A stretch of DNA of 64,000 nt from Octopus sinensis (taxonomy: Eukaryota): NCBI RefSeq assembly GCF_006345805.1, contig NC_043017.1, positions 11,718,001-11,782,000 on the forward strand. The letters are read 5' to 3'. The position numbers and the translations under genes are program-made. Numbering within the stretch: position 1 is the first letter of the stretch; the number at the start of each line of letters is the position of its first letter. The notes below the pieces were generated by a model, which ran no database searches, was not told the DNA's origin, and saw only the letters and a list, made by a program, of their open reading frames with translations. Positions 38,637 to 52,720 of the stretch are shown in pieces.

Positions 38637-39171
38637 GATAGGGCCTCCTCGGGCAGAGGTGTTGTAAAGACACAAGAAGGTGCTGGGTTGTCTGAGAATT
38701 CATGGCTTTTCATACAAATGAATGTTTAGATTAAGCACAATACTTACAATTTAAACATGTTTAAAAAAATAAAACCGTTCTCAGGATTAGAATATGAAAA
38801 GGACTTTTTGTTATCATCAGTGAGCAGGAATATGAGGTCCAAAATAGTTTTATTATAAGTCCAAGAATTGCATTATACTCCATGCCAAAGCTGACATTGG
38901 AGTATGATGCAAATTTTGAACCCAGTGGATCCTGTTGAATCACCCAATCCATGCCAGCATGGAAGATGGATGTGGAATCAGGATGAAGTCTTTTTCTTAC
39001 TCTCTTTTTACTCTTTTATTTTTTGGGGCGGGGGACATAATGTATTTAGGCTATGTTTAGCATAATTTTTTATGTTTATGTATTCTTCCTTTTTAAAATA
39101 TGATTTGAGGGTTATTTGACTGCTATTTCTGACAAGTCAAGTGACTGTGTAGAGGTTCACTTATTGGTTTA

Positions 39172-39583
39172 TACTCTTTTACTCTTTTACTTGTTTCAGT
39201 CATTTGACTGCGGCCATGCTGGAGCACCGCCTTTAGTCGAGCAAATTGGCCCCAGGACTTATTCTTTGTAAGCCAAGTACTTATTCTATCAGTCTAATTT
39301 GCTGAACCGCTAAGTTACAGGGACGCAAACACACCAGCATCGGTTGTCAAGCGATGTTGGGGGGGACAAACACAGACACACAAACATACACACACACATA
39401 TATATACATATACATATATACGACGGGCTTCTTTCAGTTTCCATCTACCAAATCCACTCACAAGTCTTTGGTCGGCCCAAGGCTATAGTAGAAGACACTT
39501 GCCCAAGGTGCTGCGCAGTGGGACTGAACCCGGAACTATGTGGTTGGTAAGCAAGCTCCTTACCACACAACCACTCCTGTGCC
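39172..39583 (-). mobile_element. SINE family A
   Basis: Reverse complement of the consensus. Confidence 0.9.
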
Positions 39584-39856
39584 TTTATTAATTTTCATAA
39601 AAATTTACACAGAAGCATCTGCTGAGTGGGACAATGAACTGTTATGCAAAAATTAGCTTGTATTTAATAAAAACATCCTTTTTTTTAACCCCACAAAGCT
39701 TGAGGATGAGGCTTTTATAAAGGATCATCCCATAAAAATGACCTAAAAAAGGTTGTGAATTACTTCACATGGTTGTTCATCAATCTGCATGAAACAACAG
39801 CTGAATCTATGCCAAACCACACCCTACCATCTTATAAGAGAGAGCATTGAATATGG

Positions 39857-40883
39857 AACTGGTTGCATGGATGCACTGCACTAGATCTAAAGATTTTTTA
39901 AAAAGTGATGGTCATAGTTAGAATGCCTTTGGTTAAAGATAGGTCTACTCATTCAGGGTTTACCTAGGGTTAAACAACAACAGTAATGAATATCTGTTCC
40001 ATTCCTGCACTCTCTAACGAACAATTTGTTTTCCTTTATAAATTAATTAATCTAAAAAGAAACTGGTTGCATGAATGCACTGCACTAGATCTAAAGATTT
40101 TTCTAAAAAGTGATGGTCATAGTTAGAATGCCTTTGGTTAACGATAGGTCTACTCATTCAGGGTTTACCTAGGGTTAAACAACATCAGTAATGAATATCT
40201 GTTCCATTCCTGCACTCTCTAACGAACAATATGTTTTCCTTTATAAATTAATTAATCTAAAAAGAAACTGGTTGCATGGATGCACTGCACTAGATCTAAA
40301 GATTTTTCTAAAAAGTGATGGGCATAGTTAGAATGCCTTTGGTTAACGATAGGTCTACTCATTCAGGGTTTACCTAGGGTTAAACAACAACAGTAATGAA
40401 TATCTGTTCCATTCCTGCACTCTCTAATGAGCAATTTGTTTTCCTTTATAAATTAATTAATCTAAAAAGAAACTGGTTGCATGGATGCACTGCACTAGAT
40501 CTAAAGATTTTTCTAAAAAGTGATGGGCATAGTTAGAATGCCTTTGGTTAACGATAGGTCTACTCATTCAGGGTTTACCTAGGGTTAAACAACAACAGTA
40601 ATGAATATCTGTTCCATTCCTGCACTCTCTAATGAGCAATTTGTTTTCCTTTATAAATTAATTAATCTAAAAAGAAACTGGTTGCATGGATGCACTGCAC
40701 TAGGTCTAAAGATTTTTTAAAAAAGTGATGGTCATAGTTAGAATGCCTTTGGTTAACGATAGGTCTACTCATTCAGGGTTTACCTAGGGTTAAACAACAA
40801 CAGTAATGAATATCTGTTCCATTCCTGCACTCTCTAACGAGCAATTTGTTTTCCTTTATAAATTAATTAATCTAAAAAGAAAC
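39857..40883. repeat. Tandem array, ~205 bp x 5
   Basis: Unit starts AACTGGTTGC at 39857, 40061, 40266, 40471 and 40676; the units are nearly identical. Confidence 0.97.
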
Positions 40884-42090
40884 AAAACTATTTAATGTAG
40901 TACAATGTAATATCAAATATATTGTGATCCCCTCATATTTGGACTCAAAACTCATCCCTATATTTTATTATCCTCTTATATATATATATATATATATATA
41001 TCTTCCTTTTTTGTACTTGAGTAAAACTCTTCTTCTTATTTGACATTGATGACTTGTATTAAATTTCTCATAAGTATATACAGTGGATCCGTTTTATAGC
41101 TTTTTTGCACCAAGTGAGGCAACAGGGATAATAGCAGGTATTAGTGAGGCAGGAGAAACTAGATATGGTTATTGTTGAAGTTATTTATTGTGGTTTAGTC
41201 CTAGCTAAACCCTAATCAAACAGACCTATGATTAAAGATGTTCTAGCAGTCATCCCCTCTTTTTCTATTTTCTTTTTTTTTGGGGGGGGGGAACATAATG
41301 TATTTAGGCTATGTTTAGCATAATTTTTTATGTTTATGTATTCTTCCTTTTTAAAATATGATTTGAGGGTTATTTGACTGCTATTTCTGACAAGTCAAGT
41401 GACTGTGTAGAGGTTCACTTATTGGTTTATACTCTTTTACTCTTTTATTTGTTTCAGTCATTTGACTGCGGTGGCCTTGCTGGAGCACCGGCTTTAATCG
41501 AGCAACTCGACCCCGGGACTTATTCTTTTGTAAGCCCAGTATTTATTCTATCGGTCTCTTTTGCCGAACCGCTAAGTAACGGGGACATAAACACACCGGC
41601 AATGACCATGATGACAGTGATGATGATATGAAGGAAAAGGACAAGGTGGAAGAGATGGAGGACAACATAATCACTGAAACACACATGAATGTCAATAAAC
41701 CTAACCCCATCACCACCAATCATCAGTGCAACAGTCAATAATGGTGGTGTATAGTGGCGGTCTTCCGTGCTGAAGCTACTAGTCTGACATGAGTATTTCT
41801 CCGAAATAAACGTCCAAACTTTAGGCTATTTCTATCCGTAATACGACTTGAAGCAGACTTAATCTTTAGTTTGTGAGTGTGTATTATTAGATTTGAAATC
41901 AAATTATAACCTGATTATGTCATGATATTACTGTAACTATAGAACTGTTATAAAACGAAAAATTTACCATTTTTACCATCGATGTCTGGTGGTTGCTTAG
42001 CATGTGTTTGTGTGTGTGCACACACATATGAGTATGTATGTGTGTATATACACATATGTGCATGTATGTATGTATATGTATGTATGTATG

Positions 42091-42127
<37 letters not shown>

Positions 42128-42144
42128 GTGAAAAGGAACACACG

Positions 42145-42430
42145 AGTTGATATATATGAAAAAGCAAGTCAAAATAGAAAATGCTAAAATAATTTTATGC
42201 CTCGAACACACAAGTGCAAACAAGGGAGACAGAGAAAGGCAGAATGCCACTTATATTTGAACACTATACAAATATTCCTTTAAAAAAACTTTTCTTTTAA
42301 TTTTTCTAAACTTAATTATTTAATCGTTACAGTTGAAAAGGTCTCAAAATGACCGAAACCGGTACTGAAATGTTCTTTATAAAATTATTTTAGCATTTTC
42401 TATTTTGACTTGTTTTTTCATATATATATA
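42145..42430 (+). mobile_element. Penelope-like terminal fragment with inverted ends; hammerhead-like motif at 42327-42370
   Basis: ATATATGAAAAAGCAAGTCAAAATAGAAAATGCTAAAATAATTTTA is inverted at ~42380-42425. The motif is CAG-TTGAAAA-GGTC-TCAAAAT-GACC-GAAA-CCGG-TA-CTG. Confidence 0.7.
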
Positions 42431-42431
42431 T

Positions 42432-42600
42432 ATACCGGAGTAAACACATAAATGTGAAACAAGGTGGAAAAAAGAGTACTCAAATACCAGTGGTAGAGTA
42501 ATATGCTTTATTTAAAGCAGCAGAAAATTCAACAAAACCTGTTACTCTGAGTTTCCCGTTTCCGTTCGTCGGACAGTTTTTGCTAGAATGGAACCGATAT
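42432..42600 (-). mobile_element. Penelope-like terminal fragment (different family); hammerhead-like motif at 42538-42576
   Basis: Minus strand CUGU-CCGACGA-ACGGAAACGG-GAAA-CUCAGAG-UA-ACAG: stem I CUGU/ACAG and a near-palindromic stem III. Confidence 0.6.
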
Positions 42601-42904
42601 GTGTATGTATGTATGTATGTATGTATGTATGTATGTATGTATGTATGTACGTACATATAGGAGCACTCTGTCCGTTACGACAACAAGGTTCCGAGCTAAT
42701 ACGATCAATAGAACAGCTTGCTCGTGAATTTATTTGAAAATGAAGAATGCATTTGACACATCTTTATTATTAGTTACTATTGCTTTGGTTCCATTTTGTT
42801 TTTAACACCATTGCATGCAAATGATTTCATATAAAAGTTACACAATATTTACATAAATTTATAAAAATTGTACATGTAACCAACTCTACCTTAAATTCCA
42901 ACAG

Positions 42905-43090
42905 TAAATTTCTTTTTTTATAAATGAATAATCTCAGTTCATCAAACCAGATTCCAGTTCTGGATGGAAAAACTTGAGAACAATCCTCTTCTGAATGACA
43001 CAGGAAATCCCTTCCCTCTGCTGAAGATCTTCCTCTTCCTTGCCTGTCCTCTATCCTTGCCTGTCCTCTATCCAACCTCTGCACTTCATA
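42905..43090 (+). mobile_element. Old LINE fragment, same family as 50640-51170 (opposite strand)
   Basis: Reverse complement of ~51005-51170, apart from a small internal duplication. Confidence 0.55.
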
Positions 43091-44122
43091 TCTTAGAACC
43101 AAAAAGGAAGTATACATTATGTATTGTTGTCCAAGGTACTCTATGCCTACAGGATGGCAATAACTGAATGTCTTTGATGTTAAATTTAATTTACACATTC
43201 AAAGATGGATTTAGTGTTATGCAGCACCCAACAACAATAATCTCACAAATGGGTCTCTGCATAGTTGCTCAACTTGCTAGAAATAGAAACCAGTTCTGTT
43301 TTAAATTACAACACTACAGTTTTAACTCTTTCATTACCATATTTCTGTTGAAATACACTTCCTGCATTTCAATTGATTTTGAAAATAATGAAAAATTTGG
43401 CAAAATATCTTTGTCATTATTAAGCTGGTGTATGGAACAAATTAACACGAAATTTTAATAGAAGGTTTTAATTTAGAACACTTTAACACTTTTGTTCCTA
43501 TGTTTCTGCTGGAATACATGCTGCTTTTGTCTCAATTAATTTTGAAAAATAATCAAGAATTTACTAAAATAACTTCATCATTATAAATTTGGTTGTTTGG
43601 AACGTAAATGAACATGGACTTTTGATGAAGAGTTTAAACTGATATCACTTCAAAACAAGAAGTTTGTATCATAGAATTTGGAGTAATTTCAGGAAGCATT
43701 TTGGTACCAAAAAGGTTAAAAGAAAAACATGAAAAACAGTACAGCTCTAGAAATGAAAGAAAGCGAAAAAAAGAACATAGTGGTCTTTGGTTTATGAAAA
43801 TAGGTCTGTTTAATCAGGGTGATTTGGGGATTCAACAACAAAATCCTTATTAATAAAAATAAAATGGAAGAAGAAGTAAAAAGAATCATTTGTACAGATT
43901 TTTGTCATTTAATCTAACTTTTGTTTATTTTTTTATTTCATGGAGAAAAAAAAACTCTTTTGAATAATTTTTGGAATTAATTCCATTGGAGAGGATGACA
44001 AAGGAATATAGGAGTGTTTCAGTTTCTTAGACTCAGGTAGTCCACAAGGAGAACAGATCTATAAGCGCTTTTGATAAGTTTTTAAATATTTTTTGTGGGT
44101 TTTATATATATATATATAATTA

Positions 44123-44196
<74 letters not shown>

Positions 44197-44499
44197 ATGT
44201 GTGTGTGTGTGTGTGTACATACATATACATACACACATATTTTTTTTTCTTTCACTGTCTTGTCTCCACTGTTGTAGAAAAACGAAAGCAGATTACCCAA
44301 AAATATTTTTGTGATAATTGTATTTACTTATTTTGTTTTATTTTTTGATATTGCTCTTTTTTTTTTATTCAGCAGTTTATTCCCTTATCATCACACACAT
44401 AATAATCTCTAGCTATAAATGTTTATAAACAGACACACCACACACGCATACAAGTATATATTTATATTTGAATATATGTATAGATATAAATACATATAC

Positions 44500-44558
<59 letters not shown>

Positions 44559-45225
44559 ACATATACATATATTATATATATATACTTACATACATATATA
44601 CATGCATACAAACATAATACATATATATATATGTGTGTGTGTCTGTGTGTGTGTATGCATATAAATACACAGACACACACACACACACACACATATATGT
44701 GTACAAAGACACAGATGTCACGGAATATGTATCACAGTGTGATTCAAAGCTTAATATATTTTCATGCATGGGTAAAATATTGCGTCAGATAATCCATTAC
44801 ATCTCTTCCAAAGTTTAGTGAAGCTCTCTATTAATAAATGTTTGTTGGTTTTCACAAACTAAGACACAAAAGAAACAGACAAAAAAAACAACAACAGCAA
44901 CAACACAAAAATAACACAATAAACAAAAAAAATCAAACGTATATTATTAGGTTATCACTGAAATATATGAGCTTAGTTTCTCTCTTGTTTGTTTGTATGT
45001 ATGAATTTGAACAGAAAATCCATATGTATGTATAATATAACCAACATAAACAAATCATAATATATATATATATAGAGAGGTATGAGCACATAAATATGCA
45101 CATATGTACACATACACATATAAAGTCACTTCTTGTTGAATTTGAACTCAGGATATAAAGGCAATCTATCAGAAAGAAGTATTTAGTAAAGTGCTATGAA
45201 ATTTATACCAATTCGAATTATATGT

Positions 45226-45259
<34 letters not shown>

Positions 45260-45693
45260 CTTTTTATTTGTTTCAGTCATTTGACTGTGGCCATGCTAGA
45301 GCACCAACTTTAGTCGGACAAATTGACCCCAAGATTTACTCTTTATAAGCCTAGTACTTATTCTATCGGTCTCTTTTGCCAAACTGCTAAGTTACTGGGA
45401 CATGAACACACCAACATCGGGGACAAACTCACACACACATACGACTGGCTTCTTTCAATTACCATCTACAAGGCTTTGGTTGACCCAAGGCTATATTAGA
45501 AGACACTTGCCCAAGGTGCCACCCGTGGGACTGAACCCAGAACCATGTGGTTGGTAAGCAAGCTACTTACCACACAGTCACTCCATGTGCCTATACTATA
45601 CATATACTTTTATACATATACATATATATCTATCTACATATTTATGCATATATATATGAATATATATGCATATGTGTGTGTGGGTGTATATAC

Positions 45694-45724
<31 letters not shown>

Positions 45725-46038
45725 TATACATTATATGTGTTATATTACAATATTCCCCTGAATAGGATGCCAGCCTGTTCCAGGGTTCACCCATTTGCAA
45801 CTGAGTGGCCTGGAGCAACATGAAATGAAGTGTTTTGCTCAAGAACATTATGCACTGCCCAGTCTAGGAATTGAACCATAATCTTGTGAATGCAACATCC
45901 TAACTACTGCGTCATGAGAGCATAGTATGATTAGTTCTCTATAAGTATTGTGTATGTGTGTGTGTGTATATATATATATATGTATATATATATATGTATA
46001 TATATAATAATATATATTATATATATAATTTTAATAAT

Positions 46039-46358
46039 AACTAGCACATCGCCTGGCGTTGCTTGGATTTCTTTTGACACTTTAGAATTGGAATTTTTGA
46101 AAAGTAAAAATTTTGCTTTATGATTGTAAAAAATAAGGATTTTCATAGAAAAAAAGCACCGTTTTGATGTAAATAATTTTTGGTGTTAACATGGTCTGAT
46201 TTGAATTTTTTCTTCTACGGAAAGAAGAGCAAGCCATCTTCTATCATACTCTCAATTTTGATCAACTTGCACCACAGGGTCTTGGAGGAGATAGTGTTAA
46301 TTGAAGGCTACCAAACCTGCCATACACAGACAACTTCAGCTTTATATAGAGAGAGATT
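46039..46358 (+). mobile_element. Helentron/Helitron-type non-autonomous element
   Basis: Starts AACTAGCACATCGCCTGGCGTTGCTTGG and ends ACAGACAACTTCAGCTTTATATAGAGAGAGATT, like the ACTAG...CCCGGC and TTATATATAGAT ends of Helentron-derived elements. Recognised by pattern only. Confidence 0.55.
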
Positions 46359-46721
46359 ATTACCTTTGAAGGTTTTTATTTCCATGCTGGCCACTTGATA
46401 AGATCATTATTTAATTTAAATTAACGATCTTATCCTTATTTATATAAATAAATAAATAAATAAATAAATATATATATATATATATATATATATGGTGGTT
46501 GGGTAAAGAAGTGGAAAGGACCTGAAAATGTGAAAGACCGAGGAAGACATAAGGGGAAGTGGTGAAAGCTGGCTCTTGGCAGATAAAACTCACAAAGGAG
46601 ATGACAAAAGGTGCACAACAAGCTGGAAGATGCTGTACTAAAGATACATCTATTTTTACAATGCAAGCACAGAAAAATGATGGATGATTATGATTATGAT
46701 GATGATAATTATATATATATG

Positions 46722-46772
<51 letters not shown>

Positions 46773-46869
46773 ATATATATATAATACAAATATATATATA
46801 TATATACAAATATATATACATATATACAAATATATATATATATATATATATAGATATATATATATACAA

Positions 46870-46902
<33 letters not shown>

Positions 46903-46959
46903 CAATATATATATATATTATATATATATATATCTATATATATATATATTATATATACA

Positions 46960-48320
46960 AATATATATTTGCAAATATATATATATACAAATATATTTAC
47001 AAATATATGTGTGTGTGTTTTGTGCGTGTGTATAGATATAAATATATATATTTATACGTATATATACATACATATATATGTTCATATATGCATACATATC
47101 TTTGCATATGCATACACACGCACACACATGTATGCATACGTACTCATATGTATACACGTGTATGCACATATACGCTTAAAGACGGACAGAACACAAATCC
47201 CATATGCATTCATGCACCAGTGACAAAATGTCTAATGCAGGGATTATACTCCTCACATATATAATTCGCATAAAAGAAGAGTGAGGGTTATTATTATTAT
47301 CATTGTTTTTTATGCTATTGTTGTTATTGTTCTTGTTAGTTCTGTCATTACTTGCATGATGCATCATTGTTTGTACAATTTCTTTGTGTTTATCCGTTGT
47401 GGTTGTGTCTCTTTTAGTAAAGTGTTGTAAGAAGGTGACACACAATATATCTGCTTTGTCGTAAAAACCATATCGGTCACCCAAGCATAAAAATACCCCT
47501 TACTTTTGACATTAGTATTCATATTGTTCACTTCAGCAAATGTTCTCCGCTGGGCTGTCAGGGATCTTTAAGACGATGGATGTGTGCTTAAGGAAATCTT
47601 AAAGCATCCAAATTTATGAGTTTCATATAAAATCCTTTGAATATAATCAGACAGAATCTAAATCTCTCTGCCCATTTCTGTCTATATGTATGAACAGGGC
47701 TAAATATACGTCCATATGTATGAATAAAATATTTTACATACACATAGTTATGATTCAATGCCTAATTGTATGTGTACTTATATACACCACATACAAACAC
47801 ACACACTCATAAACATGTATATTTGATTATATATATATATATATTTTAACGGCGGTGCATCAGCATGGCCGCAGCTCTGAGCTGAAACAAGAAAACCGAA
47901 AAACGAATATATATATTCATACACATACAGAGACGTGTATATGTATACAATGTATATTTTCTCTAGACAGTCAGTTACATTTATATACATATATATTTAA
48001 CATACTCACACACACCCACATACATATACATATATATATATACTTAGTGTTATATATATATACATCCAGAATCATGCTAATAGCTTAAGAGTGAAAATTA
48101 AGAGTTGTCAGTTTTCTGTGAATCGGTTTTGCTAAGACTTTACCCAGCTGGTTTGCACACTATAGAAACATCATTGTAATGTTTCCAGTATTCTGTGTAG
48201 TATACTTTTTTTTTCAGATTCTTCAGTTTTGGAGTGAACCACGCTAATAGCATCTCTTCTCTTTAAGAACAATGAGATGTAGAATAGCCTTTATAATGTA
48301 GAAAAGTCTGTCATCATCAT

Positions 48321-48361
<41 letters not shown>

Positions 48362-49760
48362 TATATATATACAAATATATATTTGCAATATATATATATA
48401 CAATATATATTTACAAATATATGTGTGTGTGTTTTGTGCGTGTGTATAGATATAAATATATATATTTATACGTATATATACATACATATATATGTTCATA
48501 TATGCATACATATCTTTGCATATGCATACACATGCACACACACACACATGTATGCATACGTACTCATATGTATACACGTGTATGCACATATACGCTTAAA
48601 GACGGACAGAACACAAATCCCATATGCATTCATGCACCAGTGACAAAATGTCTAATGCAGGGATTATACTCCTCACATATATAATTCGCATAAAAGAAGA
48701 GTGAGGGTTATTATTATTATCATTGTTGTTTATGCTATTGTTGTTATTGTTCTTGTTAGTTCTGTCATTACTTGCATGATGCCATCATTGTTTGTACAAT
48801 TTCTTTGTGTTTATCCGTTGTGGTTGTGTCTCTTTTAGTAAAGTGTTGTAAGAAGGTGACACACAATATATCTGCTTTGTCGTAAAAACCATATCGGTCA
48901 CCCAAGCATAAAAATACCCCTTACTTTTGACATTAGTATTCATATTGTTCACTTCAGCAAATGTTCTCCGCTGGGCTGTCAGGGATCTTTAAGACGATGG
49001 ATGTGTGCTTAAGGAAATCTTAAAGCATCCAAATTTATGAGTTTCATATAAAATCCTTTGAATATAATCAGACAGAATCTAAATCTCTCTGCCCATTTCT
49101 GTCTATATGTATGAACAGGGCTAAATATACGTCCATATGTATGAATAAAATATTTTACATACACATAGTTATGATTCAATGCCTAATTGTATGTGTACTT
49201 ATATACACCACATACAAACACACACACTCATAAACATGTATATTTGATTATATATATATATATATTTTAACGGCGGTGCATCAGCATGGCCGCAGCTCTG
49301 AGCTGAAACAAGAAAACCGAAAAACGAATATATATATTCATACACATACAGAGACGTGTATATGTATACAAATGTATATTTTCTCTAGACAGTCAGTTAC
49401 ATTTATATACATATATATTTAACATACTCACACACACCCACATACATATACATATATATATATACTTAGTGTTATATATATATACATCCAGAATCATGCT
49501 AATAGCTTAAGAGTGAAAATTAAGAGTTGTCAGTTTTCTGTGAATCGGTTTTGCTAAGACTTTACCCAGCTGGTTTGCACACTATAGAAACATCATTGTA
49601 ATGTTTCCAGTATTCTGTGTAGTATACTTTTTTTTTCAGATTCTTCAGTTTTGGAGTGAACCACGCTAATAGCATCTCTTCTCTTTAAGAACAATGAGAT
49701 GTAGAATAGCCTTTATAATGTAGAAAAGTCTGTCATCATCATCATCATCATATATATATA
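46960..49760. repeat. Tandem duplication, ~1.42 kb x 2
   Basis: GACGGACAGA at 47181 and 48601; GAAAAGTCTG at 48301 and 49722. Junctions lie in (TA)n. Confidence 0.95.
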
Positions 49761-50004
49761 TATATATATATAATATATATATATATACATACAGGGTGCA
49801 TAAGGTATTTGAGGACATACCTTTTTTGGGTCATTGCTGCATTTTTTTGCTAACTCTGTATAATCTTTGTTTCAGAAAATAATAATTGCAGACCCTCAGC
49901 TTACTAAATAATAATGCCAAACCATCAGAGTCCAAAGAACTGCTGCACCCAGGACACTTGAACCAATGGTAACTTGGGACTAAATGGGAACATCAATGTC
50001 TCCT

Positions 50005-50290
50005 TAGAATGGATCAGGGTATATCTTAACTGGAATGGATCAGGGTATACCTTGACTAGAATGGATCAGGGTATATCTTAACTGGAATGGATCAGGGTAT
50101 ACCTTAACTAGAATGGATCAGGGTATATATTAACTGGAATGGATTAGGGTATACCTTGACTAGAATGGATCAGGGTATATCTTAACTGGAATGGATCAGG
50201 GTATATATTAACTGGAATGGATTAGGGTATACCTTGACTAGAATGGATCAGGGTATACCTTGACTGGAATGGATCAGGGTATACCTTGAC
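50005..50290. repeat. Minisatellite, 26 bp x 11
   Basis: Unit TRGAATGGATYAGGGTATAYMTTRAC, counted by hand. Confidence 0.97.
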
Positions 50291-50639
50291 TAACATTTGA
50301 AGCTGATCAGGTCCTTGTTTTAGCTGTCTGAAATAACTGAGATACTAAGAATTCACTTGTTTAGTCTAAGATCAACTCTGATCTAGAAGACTTACGATCA
50401 AAGGCCTTCCAGCCATGACCATCCCAGACTTATGATCAAAGGCCTTCCAACCATGACCTTCTTGTCTTTTTAGGTGAGTTTATATATTTATACATTATAT
50501 ACCATGTTCTGCCTTCATATAAGACAGTATACAAGGTGTGATACAAGGGAAATTTGGTTGCTTTTCTAGCCTTATTCACAGGTGATTAGGCTGGTCTTGT
50601 CATCTCATCTGACCAAAACAACTTTTAATTGTCATATTC

Positions 50640-51170
50640 TTGTTGTCAGGTGCTTTAATGTCTTCCATGTCCCCTCTGAGTCAGTGGAGTGATCTTGAGT
50701 AGGGGATAGGGGAAAGGAGGATTCCTATGTTAATTGGCAGAAGGTCATTTTCAAGGTCTTTTGGAGCTGCAGGCATTGGATAGTAGAGGGTAAACAAGAC
50801 AGTGCCCCTTGGTATTATCTCCATCTCCACATTCATAAGTAGTTGGGCTGGATTTGTTGTTCCGTATGACCAAAGCAATTTTTGAATGTCTTTGTCTCAT
50901 TCTCAGGTGGTCGAGTGTCACCTAATAAATATCTGGTGCTTATGAGCTAAGAGGGAGGCCTTCAGTAGGATGTGTGCATGGGGAGGAGGGTCGTTCTCAA
51001 GGTCTTATGAAGTGCAGAGGTTGGATGGAGGACAGGCAAGGAAAAGGAAGATCTTCAGCAGAGGGAAGGGATTTCCTATGTCATTCAGAAGAGGATTGTT
51101 CTCAAGTTTTTCCATCCAGAGCTGGAATCTGGTTTGATGAACTGAGATTATTCATTTATAAAAAAAGAAA
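50640..51170 (-). mobile_element. Degraded LINE ORF2 C-terminus (I-group/Vingi-like zinc knuckle)
   Basis: A minus frame gives IRNNKSSPTTYECGDGDNTKGHCLVYPLLSNACSS, a decayed C.CG...T..H.L.CP knuckle. The clade is uncertain. Confidence 0.45.
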
Positions 51171-52431
51171 AAGAAAAGAAGAGAAATAAAAAAAAAGGAA
51201 AAAGATTATTCTTACAAATATAAATTGAAACCATGTACATGGCTATGAGGTTTGCATATTTTATAGCTAAACCAAATTATATAAATGTGTTTTTTTTTCT
51301 ATTTCAAATTTTGCCTAAAGCTACAGATCAATGGATCTAAACATAACGAGATATCTGTGTCCTTATGAAGAAGGAGTTATCACCATCACTGTTTTTCCTT
51401 CAGGACAATTCATCTTTCTTTTCTTTTTTTTCTTTTATCGTGATAATATACACAACATAAAGATCATATTTGATTGCAGACCAGACAATTGGATCCTTGC
51501 ACAACATGTGCTCACACACACACACACACACTCACACATTGTATACTATGCATATAAGGAAGCACAAAAATCTTGTTTATCACATGATACCTGCAGTTAC
51601 TCAGTCAGACAGGCATATTGCTATTAATTTCAATGATTTCATTGAACTTATCTTTCAGTTATAGGTCTGTCTTTCCTTGTTTATAGAAGAAATCAACTAA
51701 AGGAAAAAAAACAAACAAACAAACAAATAAAACAGGACTACAAAATACAAATAATAATGCAAACTGAAATAATCCAGGCTATAGAAATAATAATAATAAA
51801 GAAATAAACAGATGATAAAACATCGAATAAATTTAAAAAACAAAACAAAAAATAAATCAGTGAACAATTCAAAAAATGATAAATAAAAAAAATACGATAA
51901 AAAAATGAATTATAAAACATACATATACACACAAACAAAACAAAACAAAAAAAATATAATCAAAAATATTTTCAAACTTTCGTCAAGCAAAATATTTTTA
52001 CATTGAGCATTGAAGCAAACGGCTCAATCTGAAGGAACTGTGAGATCTATTGTTGTAGCACAGAAATATCAACATTCAAATAGTTTGTTATTCATCAACA
52101 TACTGATTGGTGGAGAAATTTAATTTTTTTATCTGAGATTTTTTTTTTAAGATTTTTTTTTTTTACAACAGGTAGTTTATGATCTGTTTTTTGTTTTTGA
52201 TATTTTTATTCACCTTTACATCTTCCCTTCTCTCTTTCTTTCTCTCTCTCTCTCTCTCTATCGTTCGCTTTTCCTTGTTTTCTTTCTTCTCCCCCTATTA
52301 TAAATTGAAGGTTTGCCATATCAAAAGAGCTGATTAAGTTCTGTAGATTCATATTCTTCAATTCAGCCTATTTGACTAACAAACACAAAAACTATAACTA
52401 ACTAAACCTCAACTTTAAAGACTAATCTTTC

Positions 52432-52466
<35 letters not shown>

Positions 52467-52720
52467 CAACAACAACAACAATAATAATAATAATAAAGCA
52501 AAAGAAAAAATACTGTTTTTCTCCCCTTACAAAGAGTTTCATCAAAGCTATATATATATATATATATATACATGCAAATTTATATATACATATATATATG
52601 CATGCAAATTTATATATATTATATATATGCATGCAAATTTATATATATATATACATATATATGCATGCAAATTTATTTATATATATAAATATATATATAT
52701 ATATATACATATGCATGCAA

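Noticed and set aside
42827-43198. Paralogous exon pair (ORFs 42827-43198 and 50974-51189 share SSAEGRDFLCHSEEDCSQVFPSR)
   Set aside because: The shared block adjoins a decayed LINE zinc-knuckle region and lacks consistent splice sites; dispersed LINE fragments explain it better.
43321-43720. piggyBac-like MITE (TTAA...GGTTAA); similar remnant at ~31325-31548
   Set aside because: The ends are suggestive but the TIRs are too degraded to define reliably.
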